DNA from: Selaginella moellendorffii
Taxonomy: Eukaryota; Plantae; Lycopodiophyta
Direction: 5' to 3'
Length of the DNA: 64,000 nt
Assembly: GCF_000143415.4 (NCBI RefSeq)
Contig: NW_003314438.1
Span: 1 to 64,000, forward strand
Shown here: positions 50,401 through 64,000 of the stretch, piece after piece
How positions within the stretch are numbered: the stretch's first letter is position 1
How the letters are laid out: each line of letters opens with the position of its first letter
Made by a program: the position numbers and the translations under genes
Notes under the pieces: model-generated
Seen by the model: only the letters and a program-made list of their open reading frames with translations
Database searches by the model: none
Told to the model about the DNA's origin: nothing

Positions 50401-53400
50401 TGTTGATTATACCCCCACACTTAGTGGTGCGCCCAAGTTAGCCCTTCCAACCAAAGGTCCATAGCATTGGGTGTCCCCATCTCATTTACCATGTCCTTGG
50501 TGCCATTTACACCAAGGTGTTAAAGTTAGATATGCCAAGTTTTCATACTAAACAATCTAATTATGCATCATAATTTCAAGGCATCCCCCACTTGGCGGTG
50601 CACCCAAGTTAGCCTCCTTATTAAGAGTCCATGACCACTAAAAAATGAGTATCCTTACATTCCAAACCATCATCACGCCCTAGTAAGTTGGGATTCGAAC
50701 CCAAACACTAAAGAGTTAGAACTTGAACCCAACCTCTATATATGCATCTACGAGCGGCATCACCAAGGACACCTAGTGTGACTCCCCACACTGGTGCACC
50801 AAATTATACTTAATATGCGCTACGGATCACAGATTAGGAACCTAATTCTTCCAAATTGCCAAGTCCTCTCACTTGACAAATTTGTAATCATGCATGGATT
50901 CCTCCATACTTGGCCTATGGGTCACCTCTTTTGAAGTCAACACTTTCAATTAGGGTTTTTGTTCCCCTCGACTTACCAATCTCGCTTAGCAAGTCACCCG
51001 ATTAATGTAACATGGTTTTTTGCATAAACGTGAAAGTCCTTAAACATTAACTTTCGTTTAAAGCCATCTCTTTGAACTTATGGGAACTACCTCCCCAACT
51101 TTAATAGCATCATCTCATGGCAAACTTTAAAACAATGCTTTTGCTATGCCACTATGATTTTATGCAATCCCATGAATCATTTACACTTGTTTTTTTAGGT
51201 ACCTACATACCTAGAATGGTTTTTGAAAATATTGAAAGGACTCTATCCTTAACTTGTTAGGGCCTCTCGTTTCGCAAGCTTTTTAATTGCCATATCGTCT
51301 AACATAGACAATTTCATACTTTAGATTCTTTATGGCATCATAATTGCCAATAGCAACACTTTTAAGCACCCACTTAATTCTCCACTCCTATCTTGCATAA
51401 CCACTCTTGGTTATGCTCTTTGATTCTTATGGTTTGGTTCTATCCCTTTAAATTCCCTTCGGTTATTTTTCTCTAGGCTAAAAGGATAACTTTGCACTTT
51501 TTATCATGTTTTAGTAAGTATTCTTAAGGATGAACCTACTTGATAGCCTAGGGAGTGGTTCTTGAATCTGGATATGCTCACTTTGTCATCCCACACACCA
51601 AGATTAATATTACTACTTATAGGCCTCTTTATACTTATTGTTAACCATGCCAAAATCCTTTTGGTTTTATTCACTTTAAATAGTTAGACTTACCCTATCT
51701 CTGGCTTTTGTTAATCTTGGATATATGATAGCATCTTCTATCCATTTTTCTCTAAAGAATTAATCCCTTAGGCCTTAGTTAATGCCCTTATAATATTAAA
51801 TACCACTACCTGGGTGTTTTAAAGTGCTTATATGTTTCAATTGTCACGAATGTGACTTTGGGTATTAAAAGTTACTTGTTGACTGTCATTTTGGATATTC
51901 TTTCCTTACTGCCATAACTGCAAGAGGTCAGTATTGCTGGACCCTTTATTAGTCCCTTTTGTGCTAGTGGAGTTAACTAGGCATTTTGAGTGTACTTAGA
52001 CCGGACGAGTATAAGGACAAAATTTCTATGTACTATTAGTTAAGCATACTTAGCCTGGTAAGGAGTTCCTATCTTATTGTGTCTTACACTAGCTAGTGAT
52101 AAGAACCTTTGCATATTGAGACTAATCTTTCAATATCACTGGATGATAGCTTACTATGTTTGCCAAACACCCTTATTATCATGCCCTTTGTGTTTGTGTT
52201 ATGGAAAGTGTATAGATTTACTCATTTGGCATATCTACGGAATGTAGAGATTGTTCTGAACACAATAGTGTTCATTCCGTATCCAAATTTGCAATCTAAG
52301 GACATTCCATATTTAGTAAGTTTTAAGTTTGTCCAAAAAACTAACTCCTGGTACTAAAAAAGGCTTGGGGTCAAAGCCCAAAGCATGTGGATAGTGGGTA
52401 GATCGGGCATGGTTTGTCTAGACCCTAAATCTGAGGCATAGTCTAACTCCCACTTGCGTGCCTATCCTTGTTCTGCATCCAGCTTGGGTCTAAGCCTAAG
52501 TTCTATTCCATGCTAACTGGTGGAATACCCATATCCTTGCATTAGGCCACCGGTATGCTGAAATAGCACCAGACTCCATTTGGCTCCATTTTGCGTGCTT
52601 GTTCTAGCATTAGGATGCTAGATACTCTAAGACTATTCCAAATCACTCAAAATTCCTGTCCCTTCACTCTTTGGGCTGTATGCTCAAGAGTTGCTCCATG
52701 GTCTAGTTCCCTTGCTCCTTGGCTCCATGCTTAGGAGTTTGGCTCTGTACCTTCATACAATGGCCCAAGGCTTTGAAACTTGGGTTCTACACACGTGGCA
52801 TGTAACACGTGGCATATGGAGGGTTTAGGTTTCGCTTCGTATGGTAATTCACCATAGGATAAAGGGTAAAACTATGTATGCTACATCAATAATGGACTTC
52901 TTTGACAATAAGCATTTTCCTTTATGACATTGATCTATTATATTGCAACATAACTAATTTATCCCCCAAGGGATATATTTAACCTCCTTCTTATCCTAAC
53001 AAGAAGACTCAAGAAGTTAGCTTTCACCATTCCAACTATTTACTCCCAACCTTTGTTTAGTTGTTTCATAGTCATCAAGCCCTACAACTCATTGTTGGTG
53101 CTTCTACACCTCCATCAATATTCAGCCACAGCACTTAAATCATATGCCTTCAAACTTAAGCTATGCCAATCCTATTTCCATTGGGATTTCTTTGTCAAAA
53201 GGTTCTCATGAACCAACCAACTTTGACTTCAAGGCATCACACCTTGGCACATTTGGTGTCTCCATACTATTAGCTCTATAAGCCTACCCTTATGACACTT
53301 CCCACTAGTGTTTAAGTCTTTGTCAAAACAATAGTAGTCATTTCTTAAGTCAACTATTAGTTAGCACTACAATATAGTGTTCATACACAATTTCTCGCCA

Positions 53401-54803
53401 AAGTTGCTATCTTTCGTAAACACCTTTTCACAACTTTAGTATGGCACTTTTTGCCATCAATGAGATACCCACTATTCTTATACTTGGATATTATAATCCT
53501 CTTAGCCCTTCATAAGGTACAACACATCTCTATCCAAATGGGATTCCTCCAAGCCTTTGGGACCATCCCTTGACTTTATTGAGTTATCTATTGTTGATTC
53601 AACATTTTATAAGGTTTTATCCTCTTGGCTACTTTTGAGGTGCTGCCACACTTAAATACAACTCATTCAAAAGGACCATTTTTGTAAATGTTACTCCAAC
53701 ACTTGATTATCTTTGGTTTTATATGAGCTACTTTTGCCCTTTAGAACCATCATTTCATATGATGAGAACACTGATTCATCCTTTGAGCACACCCCCTAAC
53801 ACCTTGGGTTGTTTTGGCCTTTATTAAAGGTAGCCCTAACTACCATTTTAAGGGTATATATCATAACCTTCCTTAGTCATATTAGCATTTCCTGGCCAAA
53901 CTAGCTCCACTAAAGTCTTCCCCCTACTATACTTTTGGAGCTCACTAAACCCCCCAGGGTTTGGGAGATGATCGCTTTGGGCTTTCACCCTCAGACTCGA
54001 ACTTGGACTTAAACTTAGACTCAGACTCAGACTTGGATTTGGACTCGGACTTGGACTCGGACTCAGACTCAGTCTCATACTTGGACTCGGACTTGGACTC
54101 GGACTCAGACTTGGACTTGGATTTGGACTTGGAGTCGGACTTAGTCTCGATCTTTGTCTCGGTCTTAGTCTTAGTCTTGGTCTCGATCTCGGACCTGGTC
54201 TTAGTTCCTATCTTGAACTTGACCTCATGCTCCATCTTGGATTCCATCTCGAAATCCTTCTTGGACTCCATCTCAAACTCCTCCTCAGGTTTTATCTTGG
54301 ACTTCTTCTCGAACTTCATTTCGGGTCCATTTCGGACTCCATCTTGGATTCCATCTCGGGTCCATCTTGGACTCCTTCTTAGACTCCATCTTGGGTCCAT
54401 CTTGGACTCTATCTCTGGTCCAACTCAGACTCCCTCTTGGACTCCATCTCGGACTTCATCTCGGGACCATTTCAAATTCCATCCCAGACTCCATCTCAGG
54501 TCCAACTCAGACTCCATCTCGAGCTCCACCTTAGACTCCATCTTGAATTCCTTCTCGGACTCGGTCCTAACACTTTCACATGTCATGTGTTGGTCCTTTT
54601 TTGTTCTATTTCTAGAGGCTTGTTTATTGATCACTTCATGTTCTTTCCTCGAGCACTTCTTTAAGAGTTCCACTCCCACTCTCAACTTTTCAAGTCAAAT
54701 CTTTTAATCCAAATGTGTTATGCTTGTTTGGCTTTTGCTTCGGCCATTACCATATGGCACCCTCTCGGCTCCACTTTGGGGCTTTAAGGATTTATGTTTC
54801 ACA
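47466..54803 (-). mobile_element. Decayed Ty3/gypsy family A element (3' LTR 47466-49247, pol remnant, deleted gag, partial 5' LTR ~53870-54803)
   Basis: TSD ACTTG (47461-47465 / 54804-54808). The PPT reverse complement ATTCCACCACCCA follows 49247. The LTRs contain GAGATGGAGTC-type tandem arrays. Confidence 0.85.
51842..52885 (+). mobile_element. Solo LTR, family B
   Basis: TG...CA ends with TSD TCAAT (51837-51841 / 52886-52890). Family A homology resumes on both sides. Confidence 0.85.
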
Positions 54804-55546
54804 ACTTGGCCAAAGGTTTAGGTTCTCCTCTGTGGTTATCCTATGGTAAATCACCATAGGGTAAAGGGTGAAAACCATATTTACTACATTTGGTATTAAA
54901 AAATACATCTCAATAAATACTATTCAATGAGATTGGGCAACTAACTTTATTGTATATGCAAAGATGAAAATGATGATCCAAATGAGTCATAAGATAGATT
55001 AAGATGTAATATTTACACGAGTTTGCACTTAGGCTCGTGAATGAGATGCATTAACAACCTAAGATTACATCTTGAGTTGGCAAGATTAATGTTAGCCTAT
55101 CAGTGGTTACCATGAGTTAAACCATATACTATGGGTAAAAGTGCACCTCCCTTGGGTTTGCTATAAGTGGTGAATAGGCTGGTCTATAGCTATTTAGCAT
55201 GGCAATAATGGATCCTTCCTAGGCATGATTATGAGTGGATCAATCAAAACTATAGGAATTAGTCTATTGGTTTAAGTAGTCATTGTTTTACTCTCTTATA
55301 CACTTTTCTTGGATTGGATTGAAGGCAATGCAAATGCAAGCTTGAGGTTTGGTCAAACTTGAGTCCAAAAAAAAGTCAATAGGGATAAAGGATCAAATAC
55401 ATAAATCATTTTCTCTTTTTGGAGAGATGATTTTCAACAAGGTATGATCTCATTATTCATATTCATATCATACAATCAAGAATCCTATAATGGTTTTACA
55501 AGTGGTAAGTTATAGGATGGATAATAGTGAAGTGCTAAACCATTTG

Positions 55547-57247
55547 TGTGAGACACAAAATCCCTAGGCCCCAAGGAGGAGCCGAAAGGGTGCCACGTGG
55601 TAGTGGCTGAGGCAAAAGCCAAATGAGCGTAACACATTAGCTCTAACTCAAAAAGTTGAGAGTGGGAATGGAATTTTTAATGAAGTGTTTGAGGAATGAG
55701 CATGAAGCGAGCAATAAGTGAGTCTCTAAAAAAGGGACACAAGAGGACAAACACATGACACATGAAAATGTCCAAGATGGAGTCCGAGATGGACCCGAGA
55801 TGGAGTCTGAGATGGACCTGAGATGGAGTCCGAGATGGACTCGAGATGAAGTTTGAGATGGACCTGAGATGGAGTCCGAGATGGACCCGAGATGGAGTTC
55901 AAGATGGACCCGAGATGGAGTCTGAGATGGACTCGAGATGAAGTCCGAGATGGAGTCCGAGATGGACCCGAGATGGAGTCCGAGATGAACCTAAGATGGA
56001 CCTGAGATGGATGCAGGATAGAGTCCAAGATGGACCCGAGATGGAGTCTGAGATGGATGCAGGATAGAGTCCAAGATGGACCCGAGATGGAGTTCGAGAT
56101 GGACTTGAGATGGAGTCCAAGATGGACCCGAGATGGAGTCCGAGATGGAACCGAGACTGAGATTGAGACCGAGTCCGAGTCCAAATATGAGACGGAGATC
56201 GAGTCCGAGAACGAGTCCAAGTCTAAGTTCAAATACTGTTGGGTGAAAGCCCAAAGCAATCATCCCCTGGGAGGGGGGGGGGGGGGTTCCAAAAGTATAG
56301 TAGGGAGAGTGTGTGGGGGTTGGACCCCAGTGGAGCCAATTTGGCCAGGAAGGCTTAGTTTGGCCCAGGAAGGCTGTACCCAAGTGCTGGGTGATGAGAT
56401 AACCACTAGGAAGTCCAAGGCTAGAGTAAATACAGACAAGCAGGGTATCTTGGTGAAGTGTTCAAGAGTCGGCTCTAGTTCCCCCAGGAGATCGTATGGT
56501 TGATGCTCCCAATCCAAACACGGGTGGCACTACCTACTTGGATACTTGGCGTGGCTCAATAGAACCTTGCTCTAAGCCCACGGCTATAGCACCCAAAGGC
56601 AGAAGGTGAGGAGAGTACCCATAAGGCTCGCGTAGGGCCACAATTTTCCAAAATATTCCAAAAAATTTCAAAAATCCTGGACTGTGGAAAGGAAGAGGAA
56701 TAGTCCTCTGGTGTGGTGACCAAGGATACGATCACACGGTGAGGAAGTCCCAGAGGACAGTGGGACTTGGTGGTCAAGTCTGTGGGCTTGGATCCAATGG
56801 CAATATTGGCGAACACGGCTATGGATAAAAAGGGACTTGGTGGGGACCAAAAAAGGAATATTGGGGAAGGCTACTCCTCATGTCTGTGGTCATCCTAAGG
56901 ATGCTAAAGAGTGGATCTCAGATGACCACTCATGGGCAAATGGCCCAATCTTTGAGAGATAGGATTGTGATGTAGGTGGTGTTGGATCATTGATATGACA
57001 AAGGTGAATAGACATGGCATTAGTGTAACAGACTGATAAATTGGTGGTACCTTTGAGTGTCAGTCATGGGATTGGACATGTGGAGCACTTAGACCAAGTA
57101 CAAATGTTGAGTGGCATGGATGCCATTCTTGGGGCTAGCAAGCCCCAAGTCCTAAATAGGACTTATAAAGGTTGTGAATGAGACTTTTCTAAGTGGTTAA
57201 AGGTGTGGTTAAGTGACTAAAGTAGAATGGAAAATTAATCACTTACA
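55547..57247 (+). mobile_element. Solo LTR, family A (1.7 kb)
   Basis: TGTGAGACAC...TTACA with TSD ATTTG (55542-55546 / 57248-57252). Confidence 0.88.
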
Positions 57248-57389
57248 ATTTGGTCTAGGCTTGATATTAGAAGGATTGGGTTACAATGTTTAATTTTTTT
57301 CTAGGGAACTTTGCTATTACTTCTTGAGTAGCTCGGTGTTGGATTAGTTTCAAATTTGGTCAGAAAAAAAGTGCCATAAGCTTGTCTAT

Positions 57390-58363
57390 ATTACGAATAA
57401 AATTGGTGGTGTTAAGTGTCATAAATCTCTACTGGTGAGTATGATATTTATGTTATATTTTGTCGAATTGAGTTGGCACTTGATACTCATTTAAATCTTT
57501 ATAGTAATGATATAGGTGTTGCTCATGGTATTACTTTATTGATGATCAAGTCATTATGATATTTATATCATATCTATGTGATCATGAGTAATGTGTTTAT
57601 GAAGTTGCTTGGTTAAACAATAATCAACCCCATGGTGAAGTTAATTTACCTGTAAGTAGTAGCATTATAGTAACTTTGATTGAGTTCTCAGAAATGATCT
57701 ATTATGCTAAGTTAGTGATGGTACCTTGGTTCCTTGAGTGTTTGCTTATTGAGGTTTTAGAAAATGTTGTAGCATTCATTTGTTATAATTTGATGTTTTA
57801 TTTTTAACATTTGGAGTAGATTTTTGGATGGAAAAGGTGTGTAGTTGAGACATTAGAATTGTTAACACTTGTGTTAGTGAAAGTGGCATTACTATGTCGA
57901 GTGATAAGGAATATTCTTTGGAACTTGGTTTTTCATATTTTTTTATTTTGTTAATGTTTTGGTACCACATTGGATATTGAAGGTGATTGAAGAATAGAGT
58001 TAGTGCAATATGGATATTCAAAGATATGGTCTTCATGTTAAAGTTTTAGATATTCATTAGCATACAGATATTGATGTTAGATGATGGATATGTAGGCATG
58101 ATATTCAATGTTTAGGCATACTAATAAGTCATAATAATTTATGTTGAGATGAACCGATGTGAAGTTGTAAATAGAAAGAAGTTAGTTGAGTCTTGATAAA
58201 TTGTATTTCTAGACTAAGAGTCATTCTTTCTCTAGGATGGAAGATTTTTCATAATTTTTTTAAAGTTTTTCCAATGGCTAATCTATTAATCATTTTGCCC
58301 AAAACCCATTTTATTTCATGAGCCTTTACAAACTAATGAAGGGGTTGACTTTGGCTAGCTTAA
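57390..58363 (-). mobile_element. Decayed L1 fragment (same family as 27050-28700); continues at 61749-61870
   Basis: Nucleotide similarity to 27105-28000 on both sides of the 58364-61743 insertion. Confidence 0.6.
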
Positions 58364-61300
58364 TATAAAAGACTAAATTTTCCATTCTACTTTAGTCACT
58401 TAACCACACCTCCAGCCATTTACAAAAGTTTTACTCACAACCTCTATAAGTCTTATTTTGGACTTAGGGACATACTAACCCTAAGAATGGCATCTATGCC
58501 ACTCAACCTTTGCACTTGGTCCAAGTGCTCCACATGTCCGATCCCATAACTGACACCCAAAGGTACCATTGACATATGCTAAGGCTATGCCATTCACCTA
58601 TGTCACACCAGTGATCCAACACCACCTACATCATAGTCCCATTTCTCAAAGACTAGACCATCTATCCATGAGTGATCATCCCAAATCCCCTTAAATAGAC
58701 AAACTTCTCTCATCTTCACAACCTTAAACATTAGATAGCACCTTCTATCCATTATTTTCTAAGGACTTAGTCCTTTGGGCTTTATCTAATGCCCTCATGA
58801 TCCCAAACACCACTCCCTAGTGTTTTAGAGTGTTTATATGTCCCAACGATGACTTTATTTGATAGTGAGCATTTCCCTTTATAACATTAAATTACTATAT
58901 CTCAACATAAGCAATTTATCCTCTGAAAGGGTATACCTAACCTCCTTATCCTAATAACAAGTCTTGGGTAGTTAACTTCTACCAATTCAATTGATTATTT
59001 TGCACCTTTTATTTAATGGCCTCATATTCGTTAAATCCTACAACTCATTGCTAGTACTTCCACACCTTTATCATTATTTGGGTCACCACACTCTAATCAC
59101 ATGCCTTTCAGCTTAGGCTATGCCATTTTCATTTCTATTAGGATTCCTTTGGTAAAGGGTTCTTATGAACCCACTCACTTGACCTGAAGGCATCACATCT
59201 TGGCATATTTGGTGTCACCACACTATCAGCTCTACAAGCTTACCCTTACAACACTTCCCACTTGTGTTTAGGTCTTTGCCAAGACCAAAGCAGTTATTTC
59301 TCATACTAACTATTAGTTAATATTGCACTATAGTGTTCACACACAACTCTCCACCAAAGTTATTTTCTTTCGGGAACACCTTTCCCATGACTTTAATATG
59401 ACACATTCTGTCATTAATGAGATTCCCACTATTTTCATACTTGGATATTATGATCCTCCCCATCCTTTATGGGGTACAACACACCTCAATCCAAATGCTT
59501 TTACCAATCCCTTAGGACCATTCTTTAACTCCACTTGAGTCATTCAACTTTTTGGACTTTGCTAATCTGACAACCCATAAGGTCTTACTTTCGAGGTGCC
59601 AACTCACTGGAATATAATTTTTTGTATTCATGTCCTACTTATACCATCTTTGTAAGTGTTACTTCAACATTTGATTATTCTTTGTTCCATATGGGCTACT
59701 TTTGCCCCTTATGACTATCTATCTATATAATGAGAATACCAACTTATCCTCTAAATACACCCCTAACTCCTTAGGTTGTTCCAAGATTTATAAAAAGTAA
59801 CCCTGGCTACCATTTCAAGGACTCATGTCCTCATCTATATTTGACCTCCCACTCAAATTCATAAACACCAGTCTCAACTATTTGAGAATAATCTTGTGAC
59901 TTCTTTATTGTTTTGGAATCTCTATCTTTCCCGTGATCCCAACTATAATTATTTACCACAACTACATTAGCCAATTTGTTAAGTCAAATGATCATTTGGA
60001 TCACATCCTCAACTCTCTGAGGAAAACCTTATACTGTTCCCAAGATCCTAAAGTCGTTCTTTTATTGGCCCTTTTCTATCCACTACATTACTTACAAGGT
60101 CATATATGAACTGTAATGGAGAGCTATGTCCTCCTGAGCTGCTACTCCTCCTCAAATATAGGCCCACTCCTAGGACCTTTTGATGCCAACACAAGTAGTG
60201 ATATACTTGACCACCAATAAAAGTTAGACTAAGGAATAATTTCAATACTTAATTGTAAGAGACTAAATTTTCCATTCTACTTTAGTCACTTAACCACACC
60301 TCCAACTATTTGGAGGAGTCTCACTCACAACCTACATAAGTTCTATTTTGGACTTAGGAACTTGCTAGCCTTAAAAATGGCATCCACCTTTACACTTGGT
60401 CCAAATGCTCCACATGTCCAATCCCATGATTGATACTTAAAGGTACCACCGACATATCAACCCATTACGTTAAGGCCATACCTATTCACCTTTGTCACAC
60501 CAGTGATCCAATGGCCCCTACATCACAGTCCCATCTCTCAAAGACTGGGTCATTCGTCCATAAGTGATTATCCCAAATCCCCTCTTTAGCATTCTTAGAA
60601 TGCCTGCAAACATGGGGAACAGCCTTCCCCAATATCCCTTTTTCGGTCCCCACTAAGTCCCTTTCCATCCATGACCGTGTTTGCCAACACTGCCACTAGG
60701 TCAAAACCCACAGACCCGACCACTATGTCCTATTGACCTCTAGAACTTCCTCACTATGTGACCGTATCCTTGGTCTCTACACCAAAGGATTGCTCCTCTT
60801 CTTTTCCATAGTTCGAGACTTTGGGATAACATTTCGGAACATCGTGGCTTTACACAAGTCTCATGGGTACTCTCCCCACCATCCACCTTTGGGTGCCCTA
60901 GCCAGGTGGCTAGAGTGAGGTTTTAATGAGCCATGCCAAATATCCAAGTAGGTAGTGCACATTTAGATTAGAAGCATCAACCATTTGAACTCCCAAGGGA
61001 GCTAGAGCCGGCTCTTGAACACTTCACCAAGTTACCCTGTTTATCTGTATGTATTCAATCTAGCCTTAGACTTTCTAATGATTATATCATCACCCAACAC
61101 ATGGGTATAACCTTCCTTGGTCACAATAGCCTTTCCTGGCCAAATTGGTTCTATTGAAGTCCAACCCCCCACACTCTCCCTATTATACTTTTGGAAAAAC
61201 CTGCAACCCCTCCCCCCCCCCCCCCCCCCCGCCCTCGCCGCCCGCTGAGGGACAATTGATTTGGGCTTTCATCCAATAGCCTGTATTAGTACTCAAATTT

Positions 61301-61743
61301 GGACTCGCACTCGGACTCAGACTTGGTCTCGATCTCGGTCTCAATCTGGGTCTCAATCTTGGTCTCAATCTTGGTCTCAGTCTCAATCTCAATCTCATTC
61401 TTGATCTCGATCTCAGTTCCACCGGTCGAGTCCATCTCCAACTCCATCTTGGACTCTATCCCGGGTACATTTCAGACTCCATCTCAGACTCTATCTTGGG
61501 TCCATCTTGACACTTTCACGTGTCATATGTTAGTCCTTTTGTGTCCATTTGCTAAAGACTTACTTATTGCTCACTTTGTGCTCATTCCTTAACCACTTTG
61601 TTGAGAGTTTTACTCTTGCTATTGACTTATCAAATCAAAACTTTTAATCCTAATATGTTACACTCGTTTGGCTTTCACTTCGGCCATTACCACATGGCAA
61701 CCTTTTAACTCCACTTTTAATGCTTTGGGATTTGTGCCTCACA
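58364..61743 (-). mobile_element. Internally deleted family A gypsy element (5' LTR 60254-61743, gag-pol remnant, partial 3' LTR 58364-~58690)
   Basis: TSD CTTAA (58359-58363 / 61744-61748). Degenerate tRNA-Met PBS adjacent to 60253 on the minus strand. Confidence 0.82.
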
Positions 61744-62398
61744 CTTAAGACTTTAGTTAGTAGATTGTATGATGTGGCATAAAAGGGATTTTGACTTTTG
61801 TGGCTAAGGCAATTGAGTTAAATAAAGTTTAAAGTTGGCATAAAAAAGTGGCTATTGCAATTTTCTAGAAAAGTGACCCTTGTGCTTTTCTTCTATAGTA
61901 TCATGTTTGGTTGTTGGCTATAACTTTGTATCATTGGCATTCGTGCATTTACTAGTTAACGATTATGTATAACCCATAAATTTTCTTTTACGAATTTGCT
62001 AATTTATTTTGTCTATCCAACCACTTTTGCCTTCGCTTTCACTAAGCTCCTTTACCATGGTTCCTGCTTATTATACCAACTCCTGCTTGATCTTACATAG
62101 GTTTAACTATTTACTGTATGAACAATAGAGTGTTAGCCAACTCTTAACAGGTTCCCAAACTCTCTCCCAATCCCCTTCCCTATGTTAGACTAAAATTAAA
62201 GTTCGATTACATTCCTTACAAGCACAAAAAACTAAGTATACCAAACCTCTAAATTCCTAATATCCCATGGTATGCAAGATTTGAATATAGTACCCTTTAG
62301 ATCCCAAACTTTAGGTGCATCTCTTAGTTCGAAAGGAAGGCACAATCTCCTAAAAAGGGGCGAAGATCAATGAGCCTCATGGTACTCAAATGGGGCAT

Positions 62399-63997
62399 TG
62401 TGAGACACAAAATCCCTAGGTCTCAAAGTGGAGCCTGTGCCACATAGTAGTGGCTGAGGTAGAAGCCAAATGAGCATATTATATTTGGACTAAAAGCTCT
62501 GACTTAAAAAGTCAAGAGCAGGAGTGGAACTCCCAATGAAGTGCTCGAGAAACAAGCACAAAGTGAGCAATAAGTGAGTCTCTAGAAAAGGGACACAAGA
62601 AACATGGAAAAGTCTAAGATGGAGTCCAAGATGGAGGTCTAAGATGGACCCGAGATGGACCCGAGGTGGAGTCCAAGATGGAGTCTGAGATGGACCCGAG
62701 ATGGAGTCCCAGATGGACCTGAGATAGAGTCTAAGATGGACCCGAGATGGATTCAGAGATGGACCCAAGATGGAGTCTGAGATGAAGTCCGAGGTGGACC
62801 CGAGATGGAGTCCGAAATAGACTCAAGATGGAGTCTGAGATGGACCTGAGATGGAGTCTAAGATGGACCCAATATAGAGTTTGAGATGGACCCGAGATGG
62901 AGTCCGAGATGGAATTGAGACCAAGACCGAGACCGAGACTGAGACCAAGTCCAAATCCAAAACCGAGACCGAGACTGAGTCCAAGTCCGAGTCTGAGTCC
63001 GAATACTAATACAGGCTATTGGGTGAAAGCCCAAAGCAATCATCCCCTGGGTTCCAAAAGTATAGTAGGGAGAATATGGGGGTTGGACCCAATGGGGCCA
63101 GGAAAGGCTAGTGTGACCCAGGAAGATTATGCTTGCATGCTGGGTGATGATATATTCACTAAGGAGTCCAAAGTTAGAGTGAATACTGACAAACAAATGG
63201 GGTAGCTTGATGAAGTGTTTAAAAGCCGGCTCTAGTTCCCCCAGGAAGTCGAATGGTTGATGCTCCCAGTCCAAACATGGGTGGGACTACCTATTTAGAT
63301 ACCTGCCGTGGCTCAACGGAACCTCACTCTAGCCCCATGGCTAGAGCACCCAAAGGTGGAAGGTGGGGAGAGTACCCATGAAGCTCGCATAGAGCCATGG
63401 TGTTCCGATATGTTGTCTCGAAGTCTTAGACAGTGGAAAGGAAGAGGGGCAATCCTCTAGGGTAGTGACCAAGGATATGGTCATATGGTGAGGAAATCCC
63501 AAAGGACAGTGAGACTTAGTGGTCGGGCCAGTGGGCCTTGACCCAATGGCAGTGTTGGCAAACACGGCTATGGATTGTAAAGAACTTAGTGGGGACTGAA
63601 AAAGGGATATTGGGGAACACTATTCCCCATGTTTGCGAGTATCCTAAAGATGTTAAGAAGTGGATCTGGGATGTCCACTCATGGACGGATGGCCCAGTCT
63701 TTGAGAGATCGGATTGTGATGCAGGTGGTATTGAACCACTAGTGTGGCAAAGGTGAATGGGCATGGCCTTAGCGTAACGGGCCGATATGTCAATGGTACC
63801 TTTGGGTGTTGGTCATGGGATCAGACACATGGAGCACTTGGACTAAGTGCAAAAGTTGAGTGGTATGGATGCCATTCTCAGGGTTAGCAAGCCCTAAGTC
63901 TAGAATAGGACTTATGGAGGTTGCAAATGAAACTCCTCCAAGTGATCAGGGGTGTGGTTAAATGACTAATGTAGAATGGAAAATTTAAAAGCTTATA
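62399..63997 (+). mobile_element. Solo LTR, family A
   Basis: TGTGAGACAC...CTTATA. Left flank GGCAT; the right flank begins GGC at the window edge. Confidence 0.8.
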
Positions 63998-64000
63998 GGC

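Larger units (their letters stand above)
47010..54888 (+). repeat. Family B LTR split by the family A insertion (pieces ~47010-47465 and 54809-54888), followed by a PBS-like TTTGGTATTAAA
   Basis: Both pieces are similar to the solo LTR at 51842-52885 and it ends ..ACTACA at 54888. Left boundary uncertain. Confidence 0.55.

Noticed and set aside
48359-63274. Repetitive ORFs rich in ESK/RPRLR/DSIS in LTR regions
   Set aside because: They are translations of the LTR minisatellite, open in several frames on both strands.

Overview
This is repeat-rich nuclear DNA from a land plant, most likely a non-seed plant such as Selaginella. That host call is inferred from the tandem short-motif PPR gene, the 45-57 nt introns and a Tcn1-like chromovirus. 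Two host-type genes are visible: a partial PPR gene (1-648, -) and an AT-rich secreted bulb-lectin gene with one nonsense codon (29292-30188, -). The rest is nested transposable elements: decayed Ty3/gypsy and L1 copies, several solo LTRs with verifiable TSDs, a young self-priming chromovirus (19726-25322) and a Cassandra-like TRIM with 5S-derived LTR cores. The main result concerns two large DNA transposons from different superfamilies, a MULE-like element (5012-~15620) and a Sola1-like element (33729-46707, 24-bp TIRs, ATAT TSD). Each carries an intron-containing accessory gene, divergent from its transposase, that encodes a ParB-like domain followed by a beta-class N4C/N6A DNA-methyltransferase-like domain. 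In the Sola1-like element this gene splices cleanly into a ~1640-aa protein ending in an FCP1/NIF-type HAD phosphatase domain. That element also carries about 25 copies of a 22-bp palindrome (ATGGCRTG-N6-CAYGCCAT) in introns, the intergenic region and flexible coding loops. Together these suggest a transposon-encoded ParB/parS-like self-recognition, possibly anti-silencing, system. Domain calls were made by eye from motifs and need HMM or structure confirmation.
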